Source: Squalus acanthias | Lineage: Eukaryota | Length of the DNA: 64,000 nucleotides | Reading direction: 5' to 3' | NCBI GenBank assembly: GCA_030390025.1 | Contig: CM059432.1 | Span: forward strand, 58,096,001 to 58,160,000 | In this document: piece after piece, positions 12,159 through 25,254 of the stretch | How positions within the stretch are numbered: position 1 is the stretch's first letter | Layout: each line of letters opens with the position of its first letter | The notes under the pieces: model-generated | Told to the model about the DNA's origin: nothing | Database searches by the model: none | The model's input: only the letters and a program-made list of their open reading frames with translations | Position numbers and translations under genes: made by a program

Positions 12159-13486
12159 ACATAAGAACATAAGAACATAAGAAATAGGAGCAGGAGTAGG
12201 CCAATTGGCCCCTCGAGCCTGCTCCGCCATTCAATAAGATCATGGCTGATCTGATCCTAACCGCCAATCTACTATCTATCACAGAACCATCTCCTGCATC
12301 TAACAGAATTGCACACACGAAATAGGAGCAGAATCAGGCTACACAGTCCCTGGGCCCGCTCCACTACCCACAGGGCCATGACCGATCCGAACCTAGACTC
12401 ATGTCCAAATTCCTGCCCGCTCCCCGTAACCCTTAATGCCCTTTACTTCTAGGAAACTGTCTATTTCTGTTTTAAATTTAATTAATGTTGTAGCTTCTAC
12501 AGCTTTTTGTGGCAGCATATTCCATGGACCTACCACCCTCTGAGTGAAGTAGTTCCTCCTCATCTCAGTTTTGAAAGAGCAGCCCCTTATTCTAAGACTA
12601 TGTCCCCTAGTTCTCGTCTCACCCGTCATCGGGAACATCCTCCCCGCATCCACCCGATCCAACCCCTTCACAATCTTATATGTTTCAATAAGATCGCCTC
12701 TCATTCTTCTGAACTCCAATGAGTAGAGTCCCAATCTACCCAACCTCTCCTCATATGACCACCCCCTCATCCCCGGGATTAACCGAGTGAACCTTTTTTG
12801 CACTGCCTCGAGAGCAAGGATGTCTTTCCTTAAGTAAGGACACCAAAACTGTATGCAGTATTCCAGGTGCGGTCTCACCAATACCTTGTACAACTGAAGC
12901 AATACCTCCCTATTTTTATATTCTATCCCCCTAGCAATGAAAGCCAACATTCCATTTGCCTTCTTAATCACTTGCTGCACCTGCATACTAACCTTTTGAG
13001 TTTCGTGCACCAGGACCCCCAGATCCCTTTGCACTTCAGTACTCTCCAGTTTCTTGCCATTAAGATAATAAATTGCTCTAGGATTTTTCCTGCCAAAGTG
13101 CATCACCTCACACTTTCCAGTGTTGTATTCCATCTGCCAAATCTCTGCCCACTTACTTAGCCTGTCTATGTCCCCTTGCAGGTTTTTTATGTCCTCCTCA
13201 CTCACTACTTTCCCTCCCATCTTTGTATCATCTGCAAATTTTGATATGTTACACTTGGTCCCTTCCTCCAAGTCGTTAATATAGATTGTGAAGAGTTGGG
13301 GACCCAGCACTGACCCCTGTGGAACACCACTAGTTACTGATTGCCAGTCTGAGAATGAACCATTTATCCCAACTCTTTGCTTTCTGTTAGATAGCCAATC
13401 CTCTATCCATGCCAGAATATTACCCCCAATCCCGTGATTTTTTACCTTAAGCAATAATCTTTTGTGTGGCACCTTGTCAAATGCCT
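12159..13486 (-). mobile_element. Young 5'-truncated CR1 LINE
   Basis: Uninterrupted 357-aa ORF2 segment (VPQGSVLGP, FADD); (TTCTTATG)n tail; near-identical to 61012-62611. Confidence 0.95.
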
Positions 13487-13649
13487 GCTAAGTTAGGAGG
13501 CTTGGCAAGTTGGCAGAGGGGCCCCCCAGGAAAGAACTGATAAGTGCGCTCTGCTGCCCCTTTTATCTAGGTCCCTCTGGGGACTCCTGACATATTTATA
13601 GCAGGATGACAGGGGTAGGCAGGATTTTTGGAACCATATTCTGAAAGTC

Positions 13650-14010
13650 AGGAGGAGAGGCTAGATTCTGTACTGACTACAGACAACTGAATAAGGTTAA
13701 AGATAAATGCTTAATACCTTCAATGGATGATTCTTTAGATTTTCTATCAAAAGCCAAGTATTGACCTGGCTTCTGAATGGCAAGTTGCTATACATGCTGA
13801 CAGTAGGCCAAAGCAGCATTTCACTTTGCTACAAATCAAGGTATGGCTATTTGGGTTGTTCAGTGTCCAGACTATAGTCTAGTACCTTGTGAATAATGTG
13901 CTAGCTGGTCTGATTTCCAAATGTGGTGTACTGTACCTGGACAATATTGTTGTGCACTATGCCTTACACTGGACCACCTGAAGGAACTGCGACAAGTGTT
14001 TACTTGGCTG
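13650..14010 (+). pseudogene. Ancient Ty3/Gypsy-type reverse transcriptase relic
   Basis: Manual translation across frameshifts: RFCTDYRQLNKV, MDDSLDFLSKAKY, DLAS, WQVAIHADSRPK, FGL, LYLDNIVV, HLKELRQVF. Confidence 0.75.
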
Positions 14011-14373
14011 GTGGTTAGTTAGTTGGTCTACCATTAGTTGTAGTAATTGCTTATATAGCAGTTGTGGGAAATCCTCTTCCTGCAATGATGTCCTAATACT
14101 GCGGTCTATCTAAAGCCAGTGGTAATTTTTTTGTTACACAATGGTAAAAAGAATAATTTTACAACTTTATGAAATAAGGCCAGTAGTATAACAGGAAGAC
14201 AAGATTTTTCACAAAGAAATTGTGAACTGAAGATTATAAGAAAGTTAGCAGTAGGAAAAGGAAATTTGGCCTATTGACTTTGTTATCTCCACAGACCATA
14301 TATAATTTGGCTCATCATGGAGTAATTACAACTTACCTCAGATTGGGCAACTCACCACAAAATAAAAGACAAG

Positions 14374-15116
14374 GGGGGAAAAATTTGGTTGCTTTGCGCC
14401 TCCCGTTAGCACCCTAAGAGGGCGCTAATGGGGCGCAAAGCAACTAGTGCCCGGGCGCGGCGCTGCCAACGCCTCCCGCAAAATTCAGCGGGAGGTTAAC
14501 GGCGGCGGTAACCGTTAGTGCCCCGCGGCGCTGTGCCGCTGGCGATGATGTCATCGCCATGCGCAGTGCCCCGCTTGCACCCCGGCCGCGATTTTCGGGA
14601 GCGCCCCCTGACTTACCACCGGACGCTATGTCCAACGGGGTCAGGGGGGGCCTACCTGCGGCCGGAGAGGCGCTATTTAAAGGCAAGGTGTGGGGCGGCC
14701 ATTTTTGTTGCTGGCCGCCTGCCAGCACCTGCCTCCGCTCCCGTCCCCGGCCTCCTTACCCGCCCCCCCGCGGAGTGCCAGCTACGCTCCATGAGCCCAG
14801 CACTTCTCTTGAGTGCCGGGCTCTTTTGCTGGCACTCCCAATCCCCGGTGGCCCAGCTGGGCCCCGGGTCACGCTGCGCAAGGCCCCTCCCCTTTAAGAA
14901 GGGGAGGAAGGCCTGCAATACCGCGGCACGTAGCGCTGCAATATTCCCTCGCAGCACCCCAAGAAGGAGTAGGGGTGCTTCCAGTAGCGCCCCGCTTCCC
15001 TCTTGGGGCGCTACCACTCAATTTCTGTCGCGGGGGCACTAATTTTTCCGGGGCACTAAAAGTAGCGCCCCAGCGAAGTTAGTGCCCCAAAGGGGGCGCG
15101 ACTCAATTTTTAACCC
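14374..15116. mobile_element. Harbinger-type MITE related to the 30634/48136 family
   Basis: TIR GGGGGAAAAATT / AATTTTTAACCC, TSD AAG; subterminal TTGCGCCTCCCGTTAGC matches the reverse complement of the 34922 end. Confidence 0.85.
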
Positions 15117-17064
15117 AAGGTTCTATTAACTATGAAATTGATGTCCAACTTCCAAGCGTAATTTAGAAAAAAATTCCGAGTATTATTCCAACCGTACAAC
15201 CTATATTTCGTACTTTGACCAGTTGCATTGTACAGGTGGTCTTATCCAGTCACAAAAGTGCATGAACTCCCATTGTGATCCAGAGTGTTTGCTGATCTGT
15301 AGATATCTTCATTAATCTATTCTAAAACATAAATTTACTCAGGTCTTTTTTAAAAAATAATTAAGCAACACAGCAATAATTACTTCGGCTGGGAGTCAGT
15401 TCCACATATGCACTGATCTGAGAGACAAAAACATATTTTAATCTGTAGTCTTGCTTGAGGCTTACTAATTTTGTATTCACTTCCTCTATGCTAGAAAATG
15501 ATACGTTTGTATGCAGAATAATAGATAGCTAGAAGGGATTACAAAGTAATACACATTTCATAGTAAAAACACTATGTAAGGAAAAGGTTCTTTTTATATT
15601 AATTTCTTTATATTAACTTCTAGCTTTGGCCCTGTTAAGTGAGTTTCAATGTTCAGCTAGTCAGTAGGAATTAAAAGTTACCAGACAGAGACGTTTAGCT
15701 GATAAGGATTCAGCTACAAGCTTCCTTTGCCCTAGTCCCATAGATCTCTCCTTCCAGGCTGCATCCTCCAAAGCCGCATCTGCACTAAGAATGTGGTCAA
15801 GTGATAACATCGCCTGTAGGGGAGCCTTTGTTCATTAATCTCTCTGTAACTGTCACCAGTTGAATCATTGGATTGACAGTTTAGTCAAGGTGTAGCTAGA
15901 ACCAAATTTGGGGAGTTATTCTGGTTAAAACTGCAGTTATTAATGAGGGAGAACAGTTCATTGAATGAGGTAATGCTATGCAACATGTGGGTTCTCACAA
16001 AACAGAGTTGGAAAAAAGGTATAAAAAAGGGCGTGTTAGGAGAGATACCTCAGAATTCGGTGAGGCCTGATCAGCCGCGAACCCCTCGAACTTGAGAACG
16101 GTTACATGTGAATTCTCTGGAAACTCGCAAAGTATTACCGTAAGTATACTCTTAAATGTATGTGTAATTATTATCAAGAATAGTTATCACTGTATGCTTA
16201 ATACTCTGTGAATATCAACAATAAATGCTTTTGAACCCTATTATTTTGAGGAGTAACTTATAAACTTATAAGTAAGAATATTCTTCCTCTAACAACTATA
16301 TTCCGAGTTGAATGATTGAATGTTAACATTTTTGCTGAAGTGGAGAAAATAGTAAGTTCAAAGTTCAGTTGCAGCCTTAAAATGTAACCCTTAGACTTAT
16401 TTTAATGTCTGTCAACTACCATCAAGATTTTGTGGAAATACATTAAACATGCATGTGTTATGATGCCTCATGACTTAATTATTACTTGGTTTGTATAGAT
16501 TAGAACCAAACTCCCGTTCACTTCAGTAACTCTCGAGCAATGCTTCACTTCCTTTACTATCTACAGCAATGTACACATTCACATGCAAGTAAAATACTAT
16601 TATCTGAAAAATTCTTCTGTTTTTGGCGCTGCTTGAGTACATTTGCTAAGATTCAACGGCTTGCTTCCTTAATCCCCTTTTCTCTGTAGGATGATGTTAG
16701 GCAAAGGTATTCCACGCTGGATAAGAGCAAATTGCTCTGCCTTAAAAATATTAGTTTTCATTTCTAATCATCTAAACACTGAATAAATACTGGGATTCGT
16801 ATTTCATCTTCTTGCTTTCATAACGTGTATTCCTGGAGAGCTGCTCACTAGTGTTCGAATGAGATTACAAATCTTTACTAATGAAGGCCACAGCAGAACA
16901 TACTGTTAAGCAACTCTGGGCTTATTATCTAAAGTAAAGACAAGTCTAACTTGCCTAATAAAAATGAGAGGTATGAAAATCTCAGTTAGACCTATTACAG
17001 ATGTTAGACTGAATACAGCTTGGGCAAATCAAATTAACCAAGTATTTTAAATCCATTCAATTTT

Positions 17065-17680
17065 ATGTGTGTTTGTTTGTGTGTGCATTTGTGTCTGTGT
17101 GTGAATGTGTGTCCATTTGTACATATGCATGTGTGTCTGTGTGTGCAGATATGTCTGTGTATGCATGTGTGTCCATTTGTGCATGTGTGTCTGTGTGCGC
17201 ATGTGTCCATTTTTGCATGTGTGTCTGTGTGCAGATATGTTTGTGTGTGCATGTGTGTCCATTTGTGCATGTGTGTCTGTGTGTGCATGTGTGTCCGTGT
17301 GTGCATGTGTGTCTGTGTGTACAGATGTGTCCATTTGTGCATGTGTATCTGTGTGTGCGTGTGTCCATTCATGCATATGCATCTGTGTGTGCATTTGTGT
17401 CTGTGTGTGCATGTGTACCCATTTGTGCATGTGTGTCTGTGTGTGTATGTGTCCATTTGTACATGTGAGTCTGTGAGTGCAGATGTGTCCATTTGTGCAT
17501 GTGTGTGCATGTGTGTCTGTGTGTGCAGATATGTCTGTGTGTGCATGTGTGTCCATTTGTGTATGTGTGTCTGTGTGTGCATGTGTGTCCATTTGTACAT
17601 GTGTGTGTGTGCATGTGTGTCTGTGTGTGCAGATGTGTCTTTGTGTGCATGTGTTTCTCTGTGTGTATGTGTGTCTGTGC
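17065..17680. repeat. Degenerate TG-rich minisatellite (~18-bp units)
   Basis: Alternating CATGTGTGTCTGTGTGTG / CATGTGTGTCCATTTGTG units. Confidence 0.95.
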
Positions 17681-20600
17681 ACCTAGCTGGAGTTTGTATA
17701 TTGTGATTTGGCATAAAATTTAAAAGGTGAATGACAGGTAGGGAATGAAATTAAATGAACTAATTAATTTTTTTCTGTAATTGTCAGGTCTGCACGAATA
17801 TAATCATAAAACATGAAATTTACGTTGATTACAAATCAACACACACTAAATAATTTTAATATTTATAATTGTTTTTAAACTAAATAAGTATCCCACTGAC
17901 AGCATTAGGTGGGGATTGAAAATGTCTTTCCAAGTAATGGAAGATCAAGGCATTTTGAACATTTTAGGTAGATTCTTATCTGGTTTCTACAGCCTTGAAA
18001 AGTAACCCAAGGGAATTTACAGAGCACTGTACCAAACAAGGTTTGTTTGAAAAAATTCAGTTTTGAAAATAGGGGCTTAGTATTTAGGCAATATGGTTGT
18101 TAGCTGAGCAGTTTGAAAGTGGTTCTTCATTAAGTTCAGCAGTGCATTTGAGAATAAGGATCAAAGCTAGAACACAAAATTAAATTAAGACAGTGCCTTG
18201 GGGAGTCACTTGGCTGTCTGGTCTGCGGAAAAGAGGAAAGAGATATTTGAAGTGCTGTTCTTGGTAATCCAGGGCTGGCAGCATAATCTAGCTTTTATTT
18301 CCAAGAAAGCTATACTGAAGAAAGCTATGTATAACTCCTGAGACCCACAGGCCTGTCTCCTCGCTAGGTAATTCAGCAATAGTGAAAGAGTGTATATCAT
18401 AGGTACCTAGTGCAAATAGGACTGTTTGGTACAACGAGAAACCAAGTGTTGAAACAGTCCACAGTGTGATTAAAATCGAGGTAGCAATGCCCACCGTCAA
18501 CTTTATTGTTTGTCTTAGTTTAGAAAAAAGTACCCCAAATCTAACTTTATTTTTATTTTTCATACTTATGCATAAATCTTTTTTATACATGGATGAGCAC
18601 AAAAATGTGTTATGGACTATAAAAAAATTAGAAGATCACGAGTACTTGATGTTTGTTTGCCTAGAGACAGAATCAGTTCCAACACGCAGGATAATTGCTA
18701 TGGCAACTGACTGCTCCATGCAGAATGTGATCCTACAGATAATCATAGAAAGATCATTTGTTGGGTCAGGATTTGTTTTTTCCCCCCAATTCCATATACA
18801 TATAAAATTTTAATATCATTGCAGAACAGGTTAATCAATTGTCATGAAAGCCACGACTTTGGCCTCCAACAAATGCGAGGAGCTCATGGACTTCTTTTGT
18901 CACTAAGATTGAGACCATCCATTCAGCTGCCTCTGCCGTTTCCCTCCCTTCCCCTAGCCCACCGGGCCAACTTCCTCTAAGGTTCCCTCCTACCTGAGCC
19001 CTGAATTTGTATCTTTCTCTAGTTTCTCTCTTATTTGCCCTCATGCCCTCTCCGAGCTCATCTTGTCCATGAGACCCACTAAACTGCTGACCACCCAACT
19101 CCCCTTCCTGGCTCCCATGTTATTGATATTGTTAATGGTTCTCTGTCCTCCTTTCCTTCAATTCTGCCGTCATCACCCCTCTCCTCAAAAAAACCCTTCA
19201 CCACTCTGTCCTTGCAAACTACCGCCCCCATCTCCAACCTCACTTTCCTTTCTAAATTCCTTGAACGTGCTCTCCTCTCGCAAATCCGTGCCCATCTTTC
19301 CCGGATGTTTGAATCTCTCCAATCAGGTTTCTACCCCTGCCACGGTACTGAAAAGGCTCTTATCAAAGTAAGAAATGACATCCTATGTGACTGTGACCGT
19401 GGTAAACTATCCCTCCTCGTCCTTCTCGACCTATCTACCGTCTTTGACACGGTTGACCACACAATCCTCCTCCAATGCCTCTCCACCGTTGTCCAGCTGG
19501 GTGGGATTGCACTTGCCTGGTTCCATTCTTATTTATCCAGTCATAGCCAGAGAATAACATTCAATGGCTTCTCTTCCCGCTCCCACACCGTTACCTCTGA
19601 TGTCCCCCAAGGATCTATCCTTGGCCCCCTCCTATTTCTCATCTCCATGCTGTCCCTCCGATAAAACAACGTCAGGTTCCACATGTACGTTGACGACATC
19701 CAGCTCTACCGCACCACCACCTCTCTCGACTCCTCCACTGTCTTTAAATTGTCAGACTCCAGTACTGGATGAGCAGAAATTTCCTCCAACTAAATATTGA
19801 GAAGACCGAAGCCATTGGCCGAGATTTTCTGGGGGGTCAGCAGGCACGATCGGTGGTGGGTCAGGTGGGAAAGAGTTTTTTTTCCCCAGCGGGTCGGGAC
19901 CCCGCTGTGAACCCGCCGCCACGCGCCTCTCCCTGATGACGGCACTGAGCAGACCCGACACGCAGCAGCGGGGGACCCAATTCAGGTAATTATGACCTTG
20001 TTTAGAGATCATTAAGAATATATTTGAGCTCACCTTTTGATTTTACGTGCTCGCCCACGGGGTCCTCGCTGCTCGGGGATCATGTCTGTTAAGCTGAGGC
20101 AGGAGTTGAGTGGCCATTGAATCAGCTGTTGAGTTGACAGCTTCAAATGTAAAGTAAAAGCTCCCACCTTACAGAGATATCTTCCCTCAGCCGCAAGCTC
20201 TTCCTCACTGCATTTCCACAACAGATTCACCATGCTGCAAGTCTTTACACAAGTCTCCATCCACTCTGACCTCACCATTGACAGATCGCTTCTGTCATCT
20301 CAACTTCACCTGCCATCTATTACATCATGATGTGGAGATGCCGGCGTTGGACTGGGGTGGACAAAAATGAGAAGTCGCACAACACCAGGTTATAGTCCAA
20401 CAGATTTATTTAATTTTACAAGCTTTCGGAGCGGTTCGCTCCTTCCTCAGGTAAGTTAGCAGTGAGAGAATCTCCCAGAATTCACAATTTAAACACAGAC
20501 AAAATCTATTCAAATCTTTCCCTACATCAAAGACACACTAAGAGCACAGCCAAGACAATGAGATGTGTCCCAGGGGGTCCAACGTGTCAAACCACCTGCT

Positions 20601-20686
20601 GGCTGCATATCCTGTCAATTTGTGTTGGTTCTTGTGTTAGTCTTTTTAAAAAAAACCCACCTGGGAAGACCGGCCATGATGTCAAG

Positions 20687-21061
20687 TCACGTTCTGTATC
20701 GTGACATGAACCCGATATCGCGATTGAGGCCATCCTCATGAGTGCTGAACTTGGCTATCAGTTTCTGCTCTATGATTTTGCGCTGTCGTGTATCCCGAAG
20801 GCCGCCTTGGAGAACGCTTACCCGCAGATCCGAGGCTGAATGCCCCTGGCTGCTGAAGTGTTCCCCGACTGGGAGGCAACCCTCCTGCCTGGCGATTGTT
20901 GCGCGGTGTCCGTTCATACGTTGTCTCAGTGTCTGCATGGTCTCGCCGATGTACCATGCTCTGGAGCATCCTTTACTGCAACGTATCAGGTAGACAACGT
21001 TGGCCGAGTCACATGAGTATGTACCGTGTACCTGGTGGGTAGTGTCCTCACGTGTGATGAT
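20687..21061 (-). pseudogene. Penelope GIY-YIG endonuclease C-terminal fragment (left arm)
   Basis: Mirror of the right arm; differs by Q/H and S/C substitutions. Confidence 0.9.
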
Positions 21062-21064
21062 ACC

Positions 21065-21439
21065 ATCATCACACGTGAGGACACTACCCACCAGGTACAC
21101 GGTACATACTCATGTGACTCGGCCAACGTTGTCTACCTGATACGTTGCAGTAAAGGATGCTCCAGAGCATGGTACATCGGCGAGACCATGCAGACACTGA
21201 GACAACGTATGAACGGACACCGCGCAACAATCGCCAGGCACGAGGGTTGCCTCCCAGTCGGGGAACACTTCAGCAGCCAGGGGCATTCAGCCTCGGATCT
21301 GCGGGTAAGCGTTCTCCAAGGCGGCCTTCGGGATACACGACAGCGCAAAATCATAGAGCAGAAACTGATAGCCAAGTTCTGCACTCATGAGGATGGCCTC
21401 AATCGCGATATCGGGTTCATGTCACGATACAGAACGTGA
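21065..21439 (+). pseudogene. Penelope GIY-YIG endonuclease C-terminal fragment (right arm)
   Basis: CDSANVVYLIRCSKGC...YIGET...LRQRMNGHR...EHF...EQKLI...GLN. Confidence 0.9.
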
Positions 21440-21671
21440 CTTGACATCATGGCCGGTCTTCCCAGGTGTTTTTTTTTTAAAAAGACTAACACAAGAACCA
21501 ACACAAATTGACAGGATATGCAGCCAGCAGGTGGTTTGACACGTTGGACCCCCTGGGACACATCTCATTGTCTTGGCTGTGCTCTTAGTGTGTCTTTGAT
21601 GTAGGGAAAGATTTGAATAGATTTTGTCTGTGTTTAAATTGTGAATTCTGGGAGATTCTCTCACTGCTAAC

Positions 21672-21710
21672 TTACCTGAGGAAGGAGCGAACCGCTCCGA
21701 AAGCTTGTAA
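21672..21710 (+). ncRNA. Minimal hammerhead ribozyme motif (mirror copy 20416-20454 on -)
   Basis: TTAC-CTGAGGA-A-GGAGCG-AAC-CGCTCC-GAAA-GC-TT-GTAA. Confidence 0.7.
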
Positions 21711-24197
21711 AATTAAATAAATCTGTTGGACTATAACCTGGTGTTGTGCGACTTCTCATCTATTACATCAGCATGGGTGCCCTTGGTCCTCAGAATTTAA
21801 CCACAATCAGCCTCAACACCAGCAGCACCAACAACAACACCAACCTTCTCTGCAATCACCTGATGCTTCAGAGGACACAGGGCATCGGCACCCGAGCACA
21901 TTGTTGCCCGGGAGGCCAGGGATGGCCTCACTATGGCCAGATTTACATCACTTGATGCTGTACACCCTGGCTGCCACATGATGCGCCAGGTTGGCACCAC
22001 CCCACACCAGCACCATAAAACATCCCTACACTGCCCAAGACATTCCTTTCACACTCATCACCATTGCGGGGGGTACCGTTATGTCTCACCATTCACTGCA
22101 ACTCACTAAGCCACTTCCAAAGGTGCACACAAATCTGTCCAAGAATGCAAAGTGTTGAAAATAAAGGTTTCAATGTTTGACACCACATTAACAGAAACTT
22201 TACATGAACATTGCATAAAACACCCAAGTGCCTACCCTTGTGTATTGTTAGTTGGTATGATTGCACTAGGATGAGGGTGAGTGCGAGGGGTGGCTAGTGA
22301 GATGGGGAAGTGATAGAGTAGATAGAGAGGGATGGGTGGAGGTGCAAGGTAAGTTGGTGTGAGTAAGGATGTGCAGGAGTAGGGTAGGGAAGGCAGAGTG
22401 ATGGGGATGTGATGAGTGGCACAGCAGGATGAGGTTGAGTGTGACTGCAGTAACATTTTGTGATCTACTGAGATCATTGAAAGGTTTGCGCCACTGCACC
22501 CAGGTCCTCCTGACCACATCCCTGCTTGTGCCCTCCTCTGCAAGGTACAACCAGGCTGTGTTGGTCTCCTGGGGAGGTCTCTTCCACCCATGCGAAGGGA
22601 AGAGCACCTCCCTGCTTGCTGTGACTGCCATCCATAGGCATATGGAGGGAGTCAGGGGAGAGCCTGGGTGCAGCCCTGCACCTTTGTGCAGTGATTGTCA
22701 GTGTTTGCAGCATCTCAATGCCATAGAACACTGACAGCACAAATGCCAAAATAAATTTGGACTTGGTCCCTTTAAGGAAACCAGCTGATGATGTGTCATC
22801 AAATGACGTCACCAGACCCGCTTCCTCTAATTGGCCAGCAAACGCGCTGGGCGGGCTTAACAAGCCCAATCACAGTAAATTCATTCAGACAGCAGGATGG
22901 AGACAGCAGCGGGGTCGGGACCTGCCAACGGCGTCGCCCGCCACGGACCCACCGAGGTCAGCAAAATCGTGGCCATTGTCTCCGGTCCCTGCCACAAACT
23001 CCGCTCCCTAGCAACCAACTCTATCCCTCTGCCTGACAACTGTCTGAGGCTGAACCAGACTGTTCGCAACCTTGGTGTCATATTTGACCCCAAGATGAGC
23101 ACATCACTAAGACCGCCTACTTCCACCTCCGTAACATCGCCCGACTCTGTTCTTGCCTCAGCTCATCTGCGGCTGAAACCCTCATCCATGTCTTTTTTAT
23201 CTGTAGACTTGACTATTACAATTCCCTCCTGGCTGTCTCCCATCTTCAGCCCTCCATAATGTTAAACTCATCCAAATCTCTGCTGCCCGTATCCTTACTT
23301 GCACCAAGTCCCGCTCTCCCATCACCCCTGTGCTCGCTGTTAAACAACACCTCAATTTTAAAGTTCTCATCCTTATTTTCAAATCCCTCCATCGCCTCGC
23401 CCCTCACTATCCCTGTAACCTCCTCCAGCTCTACAACCCTCTGAGATTTCTGCATTTCTCCGATTCTGGCCTATTACGCATCCCTGATTTTAATCGCTCC
23501 ACCATTGGCGGCTGTGCCTTCAGCTGCCGAGGTCCTAAGCTCTGGAATTGCCTCCCTAAATTTTTCTGCCTCTCTACCTCTCTTTCCTCCTTTAAGACGT
23601 TCCTTAAAACCTACCTCTTTGACCAAGCTTTTGGCCATCTGCCCTAATAATCCCCTTACGTGGCTCGGTGTCAAATTTTGTTTGATAACGCTCCTGTGAA
23701 GTGCCTTGGGACGTTTTACTACGTTAAAGGCGCTATATAAATGCAAGTTGTTGTTGTTGGGTTTTGTTTCAAAATCTTGACTCCGAACTTCCTGGTATTA
23801 GTCAATGAACCTGAGCTCATTTCAAAACTTTTTGCCAAAACAAAATCCAATGACACAAGTCTTAGCTGAAATGGATTTTTACAGGGAGATCATTCAGCCA
23901 TCAACAATCACCAGTCTGATACTCAAAGATTCAATTCTGTCTCTGTAAATGAAATGGACTAGTTAATGGGAAATTACCCATTAAAGCTATTAGTGACTGG
24001 AATAATATAGTTTGTGCATTTATACATGTTCCTTTACTTTAGTAAATGCCAGTGTTTCATCTCACTTTGAGTGTGTAATTTAAAGATAGTCCCTTTAACA
24101 ATATCTGGCAATTATCACTTAGTCAATTGATTTCAGGCAGACTGTTCTGGCCAGAACCCTGAAGATGGAGCAGCTGAATTTCCTCTTTCTTCTGTGT

Positions 24198-24292
24198 TAC
24201 AACAACAACAACTTGCACTTTTAATGTAGAACAATGTCCCAAGGTGCTTCACAGAAGCATAATTTGACAAAAATGGACACTGAGCCAAAGAA
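24198..24292 (-). mobile_element. Short L2 3' tail fragment
   Basis: (CAA)n-CTTGCA followed by the reverse complement of the 23640-23750 tail. Confidence 0.7.
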
Positions 24293-25254
24293 GTAGATAT
24301 TAAGAAGGTTATGCACATTTGATGCAAATACAATAAAACCTACTGTTCTGGTTTGCAAGTATGCTTGAAAGTTACGATAACCAAAAGTATAATCCCAACA
24401 TTCAGGTTTTAATGACATTTGGATATTTTAGCAATGCATTTTCAAACAAAAATTATCTTTTGGATATAATTATTGATAAGACTAATAACTTACAAAAGTC
24501 TGCTGGCAGTATTATTCTGTTAATAATAGAAAGGTCTTTTTAATGAAAATTTCCACTGTCTTATCTTTTTATTCAGCTTGTTTGCTGACTCACACTAAAA
24601 TTTTCTACTGCTCCATTCTATTAACTATCTTCCTATTGCTGAAGATTAATTTAACATTGAGGCAATTGTTTAGAAAAAAAGTCAAGATCCCATCAACGTG
24701 AGCAAATTTACATTATTCTATTTGTATTTTCAATGACAAAGCCCTAAAAATAAAACATCCCACAAACATGCCAGCAGCCCCGGGAGGAGAATATCTGTCC
24801 TGCCAATTAGTATCTTATTTCCAATCAAGGATCCTTCATTGTTATTCTATCTGTCTGCAGAGGAAACTGAGCAATTTGTCGTCCTTGAGAAGAACAATTG
24901 TCAGAACAATGTTAGCCAATGACATAAAATGTACCATCATTTCCAGGCATCACACAGGGATTTGAGTATTTTATGTAAGTGAAATCTTCCAAAAAATTGG
25001 AAGCTCTATGTTTTTTTAATGGTCCTTCGCCTGACTCCTGACTTGGCTATGGTTCCATGGCTGTAGCTGCTATCCAGGACCGTGCCGGAGTGCTCAGTCT
25101 TCACACGTGGGCCTAGATAGTCAGTGTTGAAGTAATTGATCTCCATCCATTTTCCTCTTTGCTGCACCTGGGAACTGAGCATTCCTCAGATGCAAGGAAG
25201 AGAAAAATCCACCCTGATATGTCTGTTCTGGTGCTTACCACTATAGGATTCAAT

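Larger units (their letters stand above)
20328..21756. mobile_element. Fold-back (palindromic) Penelope-like element, 5' truncated
   Basis: 14-bp TSD CATCTATTACATCA (20314-20327, 21757-21770); inverted arms 20367-21061 and 21065-21759; GIY-YIG domain in both arms. Confidence 0.95.
19817..22974. mobile_element. Harbinger deletion derivative carrying a Penelope insertion
   Basis: TIR GGCCGAGATTTT / AAAATCGTGGCC, TSD ATT; empty site GCCATTGTC seen in the L2 copy at ~26521; transposase N-terminus from 21773 (+); Myb exon 1 at ~22450-22700 (-). Confidence 0.9.
18860..23759 (+). mobile_element. L2-clade LINE, degenerate, split by a Harbinger insertion
   Basis: RT motifs ISNLTFLSK, QSGF, LLDLSTVFDTVDH, VPQGSILGPLLF; tail ATAAATGCAAG(TTG)n; LINE sequence resumes at 22975. 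Confidence 0.9.

Noticed and set aside
17034..17723. His/Thr- and Cys/Val-rich ORFs up to 226 aa
   Set aside because: Translation artefacts of a TG minisatellite, open in all six frames
21026..21100. Start codons of the 137-aa GIY-YIG ORFs
   Set aside because: The N-terminal residues read through the palindrome centre from the opposite arm; not a native start
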